From: Hemiscyllium ocellatum
Taxonomy: Eukaryota
DNA: 64,000 nucleotides
Reading direction: 5' to 3'
NCBI RefSeq assembly: GCF_020745735.1
Contig: NC_083433.1
Coordinates: 17,061,363 to 17,125,362 of the forward strand
The translations under genes and the position numbers were made by a program. The number at the start of each line of letters is the position of its first letter. The first letter of the stretch is position 1. The notes beneath the pieces are model-generated. The model searched no databases, was not told the DNA's origin, and saw only the letters and a list, made by a program, of their open reading frames with translations. Below are positions 24,399 through 35,968 of this stretch, piece after piece.

Positions 24399-25483
24399 TG
24401 GGACGAGTTTATTTTGGGAATCTCGATATGCATGAATGAGTTGGACCGAAGTGTCTGTGCTGTATAACTCTATCATTCCAAGTGTCCTGTGTATTTGTAG
24501 CTACTTCATACAAATATGTAGGAGCCATTCAGCCCTTCAGTCCTGTTCTACCAATCGATTAGATCATGGTGTACAGCTATTTTTTAAGTAATTTTGAGAA
24601 GATATTCTGATATTTTGACTCCTTCAATGAATTTGGGATTATGATATATTGAAAAGGTGAGATGGAATATCCAGGGTACTTGAGGACTCTAACAGTGTGG
24701 AGAAATGGAAGGGTAGATTGCTTAGACAGTGAAATCAGAGTATAATTGAGAAGGATCACTCTTTCTGACCATAAAGCTCTTTTATTCTGATATAACAGTC
24801 AGTAACTGTCAAATGGACTCATTCCAAAATAAACACATTAATGCCTTGGTTGTAGTGCAGACATCAAGTTTACACAAACACATTAACAGTGATGTTGTAT
24901 TCAGAGAATCAAACCACCTTGGCAATGGAAGACTGAAAAAGGTCTGGAAGATGAATTATATGGTCACATAGACTGACCATGCCAAGATCTATGGAACAGG
25001 CCATGAGCCTGTCTCTAGAAGCTGTAATTGAGTGGCACCTCTTCACATCCAGTGTGTGATGTGGCAAGATACTCACCAGCTCTCACTGCCTGCCACATTC
25101 CTTTGGGAAGCATTTACAGACTGCGAATTAACTTGTTCAGCCAGATTATGAACTCGTCTTCACATGGCCGTGAAATCCTTAAGTGGGACATGAACCCAGA
25201 ACTTCTGACCCAGAGATAAGAGCTCTATCCACTACAACACAAGCAAACCTGCTGTTATTTTGACGAATTTCCCTTTAAATTTCTCAAATGCTCCATTTGG
25301 CAATGAGTTCTATATTCGAACTGCTTTGCTGTTTAATTCCCTGTTGGATTTATCAGTGACTATCACATCAGTCACATTTAAACAGGAACACGTTCTCTAC
25401 ATCTTATGTTTGAAAATTAACTGATCAGTATTCATGGTAGTTACATATCTGTGAGTTAATGTGAGTCTTGTTTGCTTCCACAG

Positions 25484-26581
25484 AGGAGTATCAGAAGAAA
25501 AAGGCTGCAGATCACACAGAGGAAAATCTCCAGCACATGCTCGGTGCCAGGTTCCTGACTGAGAGCAAAGTGACTCAACAAGTGAGTGTTTCTAACACGT
25601 CAGTTTCTCACCATCTCCCACGTGTGTCGGAGTTTTGCAGATTGAAGGCCAGCTCAAAAACGTCTTGACTTTGTTGATAGCACTGGATTCTGAAGCTGCG
25701 TTAGACAAGGCTGGACAAAGGACTGGACCCATAAGAATGTGTCAGTCGTGGTTCAGTGGGTCACACGCTCACCTCAAAGTCTCAAGTCTAGAAACTTGCC
25801 ACAAAATGCAGACTGAGGGACTGCTGCACAGTCAGAGGTTCAGCCTTTTGGATATGACCTTAAACCAAGGTGCTGTCTGCCTTCTCAGGTGACTGTAAAA
25901 GGAAAAAAATCGCAGGGCTGTATTTTGAAGAAAGGTAAGGGAGTTCTACCAGTGTCGATGCTTATCCCTCAACCAATATCATTAAAACAGATGGTCAGCC
26001 CTTTCTAAACAAAAGGAGAAAGACTTTCATTTTTATCGTGCTTTTCATCACTACAGCCAGTGATGTAATTTCTGAAGTGTGCATCTCTGTTGTAATGATG
26101 GGAACATGACAGCCAATTGATACACAGCCAGCTCCGACAGACAGCAATGTAACAATAACCACATTGTGTGCCTTTGTGATGTTGAGTGAGGGATAAATAT
26201 TGGCCAGGACACTGGGGCGTACACGTTCTGCAGGACCTATGGGAAATTAGACAAATGTGGGAGTAATGATATCACATGATGACCTAAATGGCCTCCTTCT
26301 GCTGTATGATTCTGCGATTCTGTGAATGGTGTTGTAGAAATATAAAGCAGTTTCGTCCTTCAGTTTAGCACACAGGCTGCCAGTCAAAACTGATGCGGAA
26401 ATGAACTCTCAATGTAAAATCTTAATTTTTTAAAAAAAGTTAACTTTAGGTCTTGAATTTTTGTCGAGGAAGGAGAGCAAAGGATTGCCCAGAGAAAGGG
26501 GAAGTGAAGAAGGAAAAGAAGAGCATATTCACACATAGTGACTTTAGAAAGTTTGAGAGAGAGTATTTTGGGGCTTCCTAA
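25484..26581 (+). pseudogene. RPS19BP1: RPS19BP1/AROS partial duplicate: exon 3 (25484-25581) and exon 4 (26450-26581) only
   Basis: EYQKKKAADHTEENLQHMLGARFLTESKVTQQ | VLNFCRGRRAKDCPEKGEVKKEKKSIFTHSDFRKFEREYFGAS*. Splice sites are intact; exons 1 and 2 are deleted at ~19400 and ~22130. Confidence 0.85.
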
Positions 26582-26883
26582 CATTGGCCTTTGCTGAAGA
26601 GTGGACCAGCAGGCTTCAATTGTTGGGGAGAGATCAGATTACTGCATCACAAACCCTGTAAGCAGTGCCAAGCTCAAGACCTGCCTATCACATACTTAAA
26701 ACCTTGTGTTCTCTTTTTCTGTGTTTCACATCAACACACAAACATTTGTGTTAAGCAAAGAGTAAATATTGCATCATACCAGATTACTTGCGCTTATTAC
26801 TAGAATGCCATGTCTAACACTGTCTCTCCCTCTCTGACTCTATTTAGAGATTTGAATATTGTTGCAATCCCTCAGCAGGAAAT

Positions 26884-27191
26884 AAGATTAGATTAGATTC
26901 TCTACAGTGTGGAAACAGTCCAGTCCACACCGACCCTCCGAAGAGAAGCCCACCCAGACCCATTTCCTTCTGAAAGATGCACCTAACAGAACAGGCAATT
27001 TAGCATGGCCAATTCACCTGGCCTGACATATTTGGACTGTGGGAGGTAACTGGAGTATCCGGAGGAAACCCAGGGAGTATCCGGGGAGAATGTGCAAACT
27101 CCACACAGACAGTTGCCCAGGGCTGGAATCGAACCTGGGACCCTGGTGCTATGAGGCAGCAGTGCTAACCACTCAGCCACCATGCCACCCC
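26884..27191 (-). mobile_element. HE1/V-SINE specific to the end of unit 1
   Basis: Full head, V-domain and (TCTAA)n tail; empty sites at ~20 and ~60830. Confidence 0.88.
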
Positions 27192-29224
27192 ATGTGAGGA
27201 GATGTGAGTGCAGAATCTTGTTAGATAGGGAGCACGGTTGTTCCAACTCAGTTCAAGTTTCTTGCTGCCAAACAGCTCTCAACCTCCATTTGGGGTTTTA
27301 GATCACATTTGGGATGCCCTGATCTAACAAGTACCACCATTTATGAAACCTTTAGCTCCCAGTCATATCACAGTTTTATTCATGGAAAGGAACATTCTGA
27401 GATGTTTTGACTCTTTCTCTTCCAGTCCACCACAAACCATCCCAATGAGCAAAGCCATCTTGCTAGTTGATCCAGTCAGGTAGACCAGGAATGCAAGATT
27501 TCAAGCTTGTCTTTGCTGATCTTTGGGGTGGCTACCATTCACTGTGGTGTACCTGGCGCTAAGGTTCCAGCTTCTTTGCATTATCCAGAAAAACATATTG
27601 CATAACACCTATGTTTGAAGAAAGACACCTCTCAGAGTGTAGCATCCCCTCAGTACTGCATGGGAGCGTCAGCCTTGATGTTTGCAACAAGGATGGGCAA
27701 TAAATGCTGACTAGCCAGCAATGCTGACATCACATAAATGAATAATTAAAAATGAACACCTACGCTTGGACATCAAGTATGGATGAAATTGGGCAGAGTT
27801 GCTACCCCTGTTCCCTCTGTGTGTTCTTCACATTCATTGTTAATGTTAATTCACGAAGAATGACAGTGAGTGAGATGGGATGAAGACTTTGCCTGAATAA
27901 TTAATGTCCCTGCCCCGCATCCTCCCTCCCCTTGTTAAAACTCCAGTTTTTAAACCAGGAAGTGTAAAGTTCAGAAAACAACTCACAACCTTCTCACTTA
28001 TTCTGAAGATTGCACCTTCTTCTGATCGATACTCACAAAACATTGAAACCATGATTAACTTCACCCCCCCCCACACTTCTTGTAACTTAATTATTTAAAG
28101 GCTTATAGCAAATTGGCATTGGTTGTCCATCCCTAATTGCCCTTGAACTGAGAGCAGTTAAGAATCAACCACAACAATGCCTGCTTAGTGTTCTGGGGTC
28201 ATGGGTTCATCTCCCAACTTGGCAGCTGGTGGAATGTAACTATAACAGATGAATACATCTGGAATATAAAGCTCATCTTCGTAGCAGTGGCCATGAAACT
28301 GTACTCAGTAATAATGAAAATAGCATTTAGTTCACTACTATCATTTCGGGAAAGAGACCTGTCCCCTGAAACAGGTTAGCAAGCCATTATGTTCAAGGGT
28401 AATTGGGAGTGCGCAGTAAATGCTGGCCTGGCCAGTGAGACTAACATCCCATGAAAAAATAAATAAAAAGATTATCCATCGCAGCCTCCATCCCCAGTGT
28501 ACCCACTCTATTGTTACACAGCTCAGAATTAATTCTTGCTATATAAAGTTATCTCTGGCCTCACTGAGTTCTGGGTTCAAGTCTGATTGCAGAACCTGGA
28601 TGCAAAGATCAAGGCTGATGCATTTATCTCCCTGGTCCCCTTAACAGCCTCATTACATCTTGATAGAATGCTCAGAAGTATTTTTCTCTTATAAGTGCTA
28701 TCCGAATGAAACTGTAGTGATAGGAGCATACAATGGGTGAGGCATCCTCCATCTGGCTCCATGATGTTTCTTTAGCATCAGGGAATGCTGTAATGGGGAA
28801 ATCTCATTTCATCTGGGCTCATGTACACAATGTTATAGCAACCTAAAGGTATTATTGCCATAGTCCTACCAGACCACAGGGCTGCCCTCTCATTAGAGAG
28901 ACAGAGACAACTGGTGGTGGTTTAATCTGAGGGTCACCATACCTCAGGTAAGGAGAATGGTTGTAAAGGAGAGCCCTTCATAATATCTTCAGCCGATGCA
29001 GAAATTGAAGCCACACTGTTAGCGTTGTTCTGCATTGCAAACCACCCCACTCCAACCAACTTCTTAGTAGCAGTATATTTGATAGAACAGTCGTTATTCC
29101 CATAATTGCAAACTACTGTTGCATTTAATATTCAGTCTGGGTATTCAGGAACCCAATGTGAAAACTAAATGTTGTCTTTATCTAATGTGAAACAAATTTA
29201 GGATTGGGACTGCACTCCAGATCT

Positions 29225-29557
29225 TAGAATCCCTACAGTGTGGAAGCAGGCCATTTGGTCCATTGAGTCTACATCAACTGTCCGAAGAGCATCCCACCTA
29301 GACCCACGCTATTCCCTGTAACCCCATATTTCCCTTGGCTAATCCACGTAGCCTGCACCTCCCTGGACACTTTGGGCAATTTAGCATGGCCAATCCACCT
29401 AACCTGTACATCTTTGGACTGTGGGAGGAAACTGGAAGACCTGGAAGAAACCAAAGCAGACACGGGGAGAATGTGCAAACTTGGCACAAACAGTCCCTGG
29501 AGGCTGGAATTGAGCCCAGGTCCCTGGCACTGTAAGGCAGCAGTGCTAACCACTGAG
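29225..29557 (-). mobile_element. HE1/V-SINE (duplicate of 2281-2613)
   Basis: Same head, V-domain and tail. Confidence 0.85.
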
Positions 29558-29607
29558 AAGCATGCAGCCCAATGGGTTCCAAACAGGTGATTTCACTTCA
29601 GCACAGT

Positions 29608-32600
29608 TCAGGAGCCGTGCCGGACCGCCCTGGAGTAAGATCACCTGATTCAGTACACTGGTATTTGGGTCATCTGTTCCAACAAGTTCAATATTAATTA
29701 GCAAAGAACCAAAATGAACTCCAGGATCTGTTTTGGACCATATCAATATTGAGTCATAGTGACAGCAGGTCACATAATGGGGAAAAAAGGCTTACTCTTC
29801 ACTAGCAGCAAATTTCCCAAGACATTTCACATTGAGGTTGTATATTTACAAGAACAGTGATGTGCGAAGTAATATGATAAGGAACAATGGTTAATGCACA
29901 TTGAGGGTGTATGTGAGTTCAGCAATAATGGGATAGAATGAAACAGTATATTCTGTGACTGGTATATGTTATTAAACAAAGTTAACAAGCCAAGAGTATT
30001 GCATATTGAAGTGCTTAATATAGCAGACACAATACTACTACTAGGTTCCACTGAGAGAAAATTGTCACCAGGTCTTTATGTGGAGCTGGTTGCATTGATT
30101 ACTATCTTTCTTTTGTCTTGTTTGTATTCATTTTTAGTCAGACTGTTGTGGGAAATTGATGTATGGTTCAATCTAATCGAGCAATTCACCCTCACCCTGT
30201 CATTCTAACGTCCATCCCTCCATTGTGGAGATTGATAGCTCCTGACTGTGGGAGATTGATGACTTGCTAGTTCTCCCCGAAGACTTCCCAGTCTGTTGGA
30301 ACTATGTGTTTTTCCAAGCTTTACAAATATCTGAAATTGGTATTATTTATATTTATAAAGGTTAAATTAAAATCACTGTCGTCCTGCTGTCTCATTATAG
30401 AGAGATAATTGGTAGTGGTTAAACTTAAGGGTCACCACACCGCAGAAAAGGGGAGGGATTGGGGAGGAGTGCCCTTATAATAAACTCAGCTGGTGCAGGA
30501 ATTGAACCTGTGTTGTTGGTGTCACAAACCAGTCTGCCAGCTAATTACTTATAAACATATAAGCCATAATATGTAACTGTAGGTGTTCTAACCCAATCCC
30601 ATGGTCCTGCAAGGATTGAGCACACTGGAAATGGGATCCTTAGTGGGATCAGTGAAGAAACTTTGAGGAAGTTACCAGGGTTCAGAATAGTTGCAACCTG
30701 TTTTTGGATTGGGAAGAAGTACAATGAATCCCAGAGATGTTAAACATAGATAGGGTCTCAGGAGTGCTTAGGAAGTCCTGAGATGGTCAGGAGAGGCACA
30801 TTTAGCAAATTAAAGTCTGTTAAAACTGGGGGAAATTGCTGAAATTTGACAGTAGGTGAGTACATAGTCCAGGAATGAACATATGTGGAAACGGCACCAA
30901 TCCCATTCAAACTGTTGGGTCTTAACTCCCATTGCTACCAACTGGTATCCATCTTTACGAACTGCCTTCAAATAACTTATTGAGTTTTGAAGCAAGTTGC
31001 AGCATTGTCACAGTTTGTCTTCTTAAACAAGTCAGACTTTTTTAGTTGACTCGAACAAATACCAGACTGGAAAGCTTGCAAAATTTGCTTAAAACTGATA
31101 TTCTGATATAAGGTCTGTACGGGATTCTGAAGGAGACTGGAGCAACAGGGTGTATGACCATGCCTTAGAGGCTTCTTTGGAACAGAGTACAGGTTGTAAA
31201 TAACTTATGGCCTCCATCGGGGCACCAGTATCAGAGGGTACTCAAACCAAAAGCAGGGAGACCCCACAGAGTGTAACAGTACTGTGCCTTTAAGAGAGAT
31301 GTGTTCTGTGCTGTTTCTCTTGTAGAGAGATATTGTCACAATGGTTCAGAGATGTCTGTTTCACACAGGCGTTTGGTAAACAGCTTTAAGTAATCCCTGG
31401 TTGGTTATTTTAAATTAGACAAAAGAAGCATGAGTGGGTTGGGTCAGGGCTCGCGCAGACCCAGGAAGGCTTTTAGTGTTGCTTTCAGTTCGTGATAGGT
31501 TCCTGCTACTGCTAAAACAACACCTTGAGTTCTCTGCTGCTCGAGTCTTAGAAGGTTTCCTTATAAAAAGAGATAGAGTGTTTCTTTCAGTCTTCATTCT
31601 GATGGACTGATGAGAGGCAGTATGTGAAAATCTTAACTGTTTGCTAAATTACTTTACCAAGGATGTGTTTATGGAATAGTGTCTATTTGGAACAGTTGAT
31701 AATGAATAGTTTTGTGATATATTATCTAGTTAAGTATTTCAATAGAGTTAAAGTTATAACAATTCTTATGCTTTGAATAATTGTGTTGTAAAAAAATGTG
31801 TTTTGATTAAAGTCTGGTGAACTAGTCTGTCTAGGCTACTCGTCTAGTGGACATCTCGAAATAGGATTGTACGCTTCCCTATAAATAAATATGTAAGATA
31901 GGGTTGAGGCTTTCTCCTTCCTATATTTTGAGGGGGCTGGGGTGTCTGTCTGGTCCATAATAAGAGATGGCAACATAAATATCTGGTGTAGGATTGAAGA
32001 CCAGCACTGGCCATTGGAAGGATAGAAGTTGACCCCATTGTGATGATTGTGGCGAAGTTGGTGGAGGAAGATGTTTAGCGGGTGAAAGCAGTATTGACCA
32101 CAAAGATGGAATTTTCTGTTTGTTATGGACCAGACCCCTTCAAAATATTTCAGGTAAGTAGCCTGGACTTCAACCTTTTCTCATTAAGGGTAAATGTGAA
32201 GTGCTCTGTTTCAGCAATATGGCTGGTCAAACTATTTGATGTTAAGCAAAAAGAGTCGATAAAGTGTGGGGCTGGAAAAAGCAGAGCAGGTCAGGCAGCA
32301 TCTGAAGAGCAAGAGAGTCGACATTTCAGGCACAACCTTTCATCAGGACCATTAAGCAAAAACACAATTTATTTAAACCCTATAGTTAAAATACAAACAA
32401 AAGTAAGACAAACTTAGAATAACAACTCTGTTGAAAAACTTAGCAGAATACTAGATACTATTACTAATTAACTGTTTCAATATAATAACATCCCATAAAC
32501 AGGCAAATTCAGACACAGATTCTTGCAATTAACCAGTTCAGAAGGAAAAAAACATCAAGACAAAATCGAAAAAGAATAGCAGCATTGAACTATATGACTC

Positions 32601-34620
32601 CATGACTATGAAATAAAAGTTTCCCACTCTGTTGAGACCCTAAAAGCTTCTGAAGCTACTGAAAAACCAAAACGCAGAAATTCTGATCTGGGGGACCTGG
32701 CCCCACCCATTCAGCCTGCATTTAAAAACAAACCCATGACCTCCCAAGCTGTTTCCTGAAGTGGTGCTAGCTAGACAGCTCCGAACCTCTCATTCAATCT
32801 CTCTCAAAAGAAATCAGGACAAAATAACCTCTTAAAGCCACAGCATTGTCACATGCTTAACTTACAAAATCCTCTCCAGGGATAACAGCTCAAGTCTCAT
32901 CGAGAAGGCACTCCTGATTCACACTGCAGTTGTAAGCAAAGTTTGCTTTCTTGGCAGGTTTGACCTGTCAAGCTCTGGAGATGTGAAGGAAATCCTTAAC
33001 ATTATGATAATCAGGTACCCATTTCCTGACCCTCTAGTGCTGGGGCTCAGTGCTGGTGTGGGTGTTGTGGATAGGATCCTGGTTCTTCCTGGGATTGCGA
33101 TCTGTTTGAATTTTGAAGGAAGAAAATAACCAAGTCTTTAGAGACAATCAGGAATTAAAACAATTTTTGTTGTCTCTGGGAATCAACATTGCAGCTAAAT
33201 GGAAAACAAAAAGATTTAATATCCCACAATTCCTTGTCTTTATCACTGATTCTAACTCCACCCTCTGACACCATCAAGTGTATGGCTCTTAAGATTACAG
33301 CTCACCAACTTTCATTTTTCTGTATCTTATTCCCATCGAGTACAGTTTTAGTGCTAGTGTCAATCTGTATCCCTCCTGCGAGTTTGGGTTGATGTCTTGC
33401 CAGGCCAGTAGAACTCAAAATTCTGAAAGAGCAAAGTGAAAAACAGAAATAGCTCCATTTTTGTTTTATCCTGGGCATGCTCACAGACCTAGAAGATTCA
33501 ACATTGACAATTAATTTGTCAAGGTGAAAAACAAAACTAGTTTGAACCAATTTAGAGTGATTTAAGTGTCCAGGCTACATTGCAAATCATGTTGTCACCA
33601 GATTATGTAGTGTAACATTTTAGCATTATTCTGTCCCGAGGTTAAAAGTTCTGTACCGTGTTCATTCCTGAGCTGAGTTTCTTACCCATATCCTCTCCAT
33701 TGCTAAGCCATTTACTTCCACAGTGTGGAAATTAACCCATGCTGTTGGCACCACTGTGCATTATAAAGGAGCTGTCTAGCCAATTGAGCAATCCAACCCT
33801 CTGAAGTACTATGTGCAGTTTTGTTTTCCTTACCTCAGGAGGGATATTACTGCCATAGATGGGGTGCAATGAAGACGACTCACCAGCCTTTTCCCAGGAT
33901 GTAGCAGAAATGTATCTTCTAAACCATTGAAGCAAGACTTCACTACTCATTTTATGGTTCTGTTTCTGAAAAACACAACTGTAAGTGAATTATGGATTCC
34001 CATGGGAAAAAATGTTATAATGGGAATTACATTTCTCCAGAGATTTTCTGCCCAGAATTCCAGTGTACAATGTTGAAATACTGTAATGTCCATATATATT
34101 AATGTACATTCCTAGCTGTCCTTTAGGGAAAGGAACTGCTGTCCTTACCTGGTCTGGCCTGCACGTGACTCCAGACCAGAACAATGTGGTTGAATTTTAA
34201 CTGCCCCTCTGGGCAATTAGGGGTGGCCAATAAATGCTGCTCTGGCCAATAATGTCTACACTGTATAAATTTCAAAAACTCTCGTCCTCTCTATTTTGTT
34301 TTCCCCCTTAAAGATATTCATGACCAGAATCTACCTCCTAAAGTGAGTCAGTACTTGGCTTTATAATAATTTTAAAACTAATTTTCTAATGAACCTCAGG
34401 AGCAGATGTGACTTGAAGTTGAGCCTCCAAGTCCAAGGGTAGGGATACTACCACTGAGCACAATAATATTTCTGTGAAGTAGCTTGGGACATCGTCTCAC
34501 ATGAGTTAGATAAAGCTGTTGCTGTCCCCAGCATTTGCAGGAAACACTCTTTTTGCAATATTGTATTTGAATTTTGTGCGAGTTGCATTAACTGGTGCCA
34601 TGCCTTTTGTGACCAGAGCC
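29608..34620 (-). pseudogene. Unidentified multi-exon pseudogene or lncRNA, unit 2 (candidate exons: ?-34501, 33965-33834, partial ~33721-33686, 33422-33306, 33101-32866, 29673-29608)
   Basis: Paralogous splice sites are conserved; the acceptor of the third exon is removed by a ~1.1-kb deletion at ~33721. Confidence 0.5.
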
Positions 34621-34709
34621 ATCAAATCAATTTTAAAAAAATAACATTGTTTGGAAGTGTGCAGCCAGCACTTTACAGGGAGCAAGCAAGTGTTAAAACT
34701 GCAGTTCCT

Positions 34710-35205
34710 GGCCAGGGTTTATTGTTAGTAGCCAGAGTGTTAATTGCCAGGGTTTGGTGGCAGTGGGTTTAGTGACAGTTGACAGGGGTTTAGTGTCAGT
34801 GGGTTTACTGACAGTGTGCAGTGTTTGGAGTCAGTGGGTTTAAGCGACAGTGTGCAGGGTTTAGAGTCAGTGTGTAGTGACAGTTTGTAGTGTTTAGTGA
34901 CAGTGGGTTTAGTGACAGTTTGCAGTGTTGACAGTCAGTGGGTGTAGTGACAGTAGGCAGGGTTTACAGTCAGTGGGTTTAAGTGACAGTGTGCAGGGTT
35001 TAGAGTCAGTGGGTTTAGAGTCAGTGAGTTTAGTGACAGTATGCAGGCTTTAGAGTCAGTGGATTTAATGACAGTGGGCTGGGTTTGGAGTGAGTGGATT
35101 TAAATTTAATGACAGTGGGCAGGATTTCGTGTCAGTAGGCTGGGTTTAGAGTCTGAATTTAGAGTCAGTGGGTTGGGTTTAAAGTCAGTGAGTTTAGTGT
35201 CAGTC
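34710..35205. repeat. Degenerate G/T-rich minisatellite just upstream of sulfurtransferase B
   Basis: Same unit types as 9020-9450 in a different order and number. Confidence 0.9.
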
Positions 35206-35241
35206 TGCTGGAGGTAATTCCGCGCACTGGAGGAAAGGAGA

Positions 35242-35821
35242 ATGGCGTTAGTGCAGGCTGTGGTATCTCCTGCCTGGCTGGCCAAGGCAATCAGCAGCGC
35301 TAAGACCGGGCCGTTGCGGGTCTTGGACTCCTCTTGGTATTTGCGAAAAATGCAGAGGGACGGCAGGAAGGAGTTCAAGGAGAAGCACATCCCCGGCGCT
35401 ACCTTCTTCGACTTGGACGAATGCAGAGACCGCTCCTCCCCTTACGAGCACATGATGCCCGGGCAGGAGCTTTTCTCCCGATACTTGGCCAACCTGGGCA
35501 TCTGCAACGACACCCACGTCGTCATCTACGATGCCAGCGATTTCGGGCTGTACACTGCCCCCCGGGTCTGGTGGATGTTCCGGGCTTTCGGTCACAGCCG
35601 GGTGTCGGTGCTGGATGGCGGCTTTATCAATTGGTGCAGGGAGGGTCTCCCGGTCACTTCGGAACTGCAGGACTACCCCGTGGCTGAGTACAAGGCAAAA
35701 GCCAAACCCCAGGTCAAAAGTTACCAGGAGATCCTGGACAACATCCAGAGCAAACAGTTCCAGCTGGTGGATGCCAGGCCTGAGGGCAGATTCAAAGGCA
35801 CTGAGCCTGAACCCAGAGAAG
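35242..35821 (+). CDS. MPST: 3-mercaptopyruvate sulfurtransferase-like, copy B, coding exon 1
   Basis: Paralogue of 9487-10066; retains GRFKGTEPEPRE; phase-1 donor AG|GTTCCT. Confidence 0.93.
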
Positions 35822-35968
35822 GTTCCTTAAACAGTTTTGTTTTACTTGTTTTAAACCTCAAAAGAGCTTATTTCAGTATCGCACCCAGATCCTTTGTTTA
35901 AATTTCTTCCAACATTTCTAATGTGGTTGCCAACTCTGCTTCCAGTAGTGGGCTAGTATGTATTGCCA

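Larger units (their letters stand above)
1439..28618. repeat. Segmental tandem duplication unit 1 (~27.2 kb): sulfurtransferase copy A plus RPS19BP1 relic
   Basis: Colinear with 28619-62096 throughout. The junction ...GATGCAAAGATC-(8 nt)-TGCATTTATCTCC occurs at ~1438 and 28618. Confidence 0.9.
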
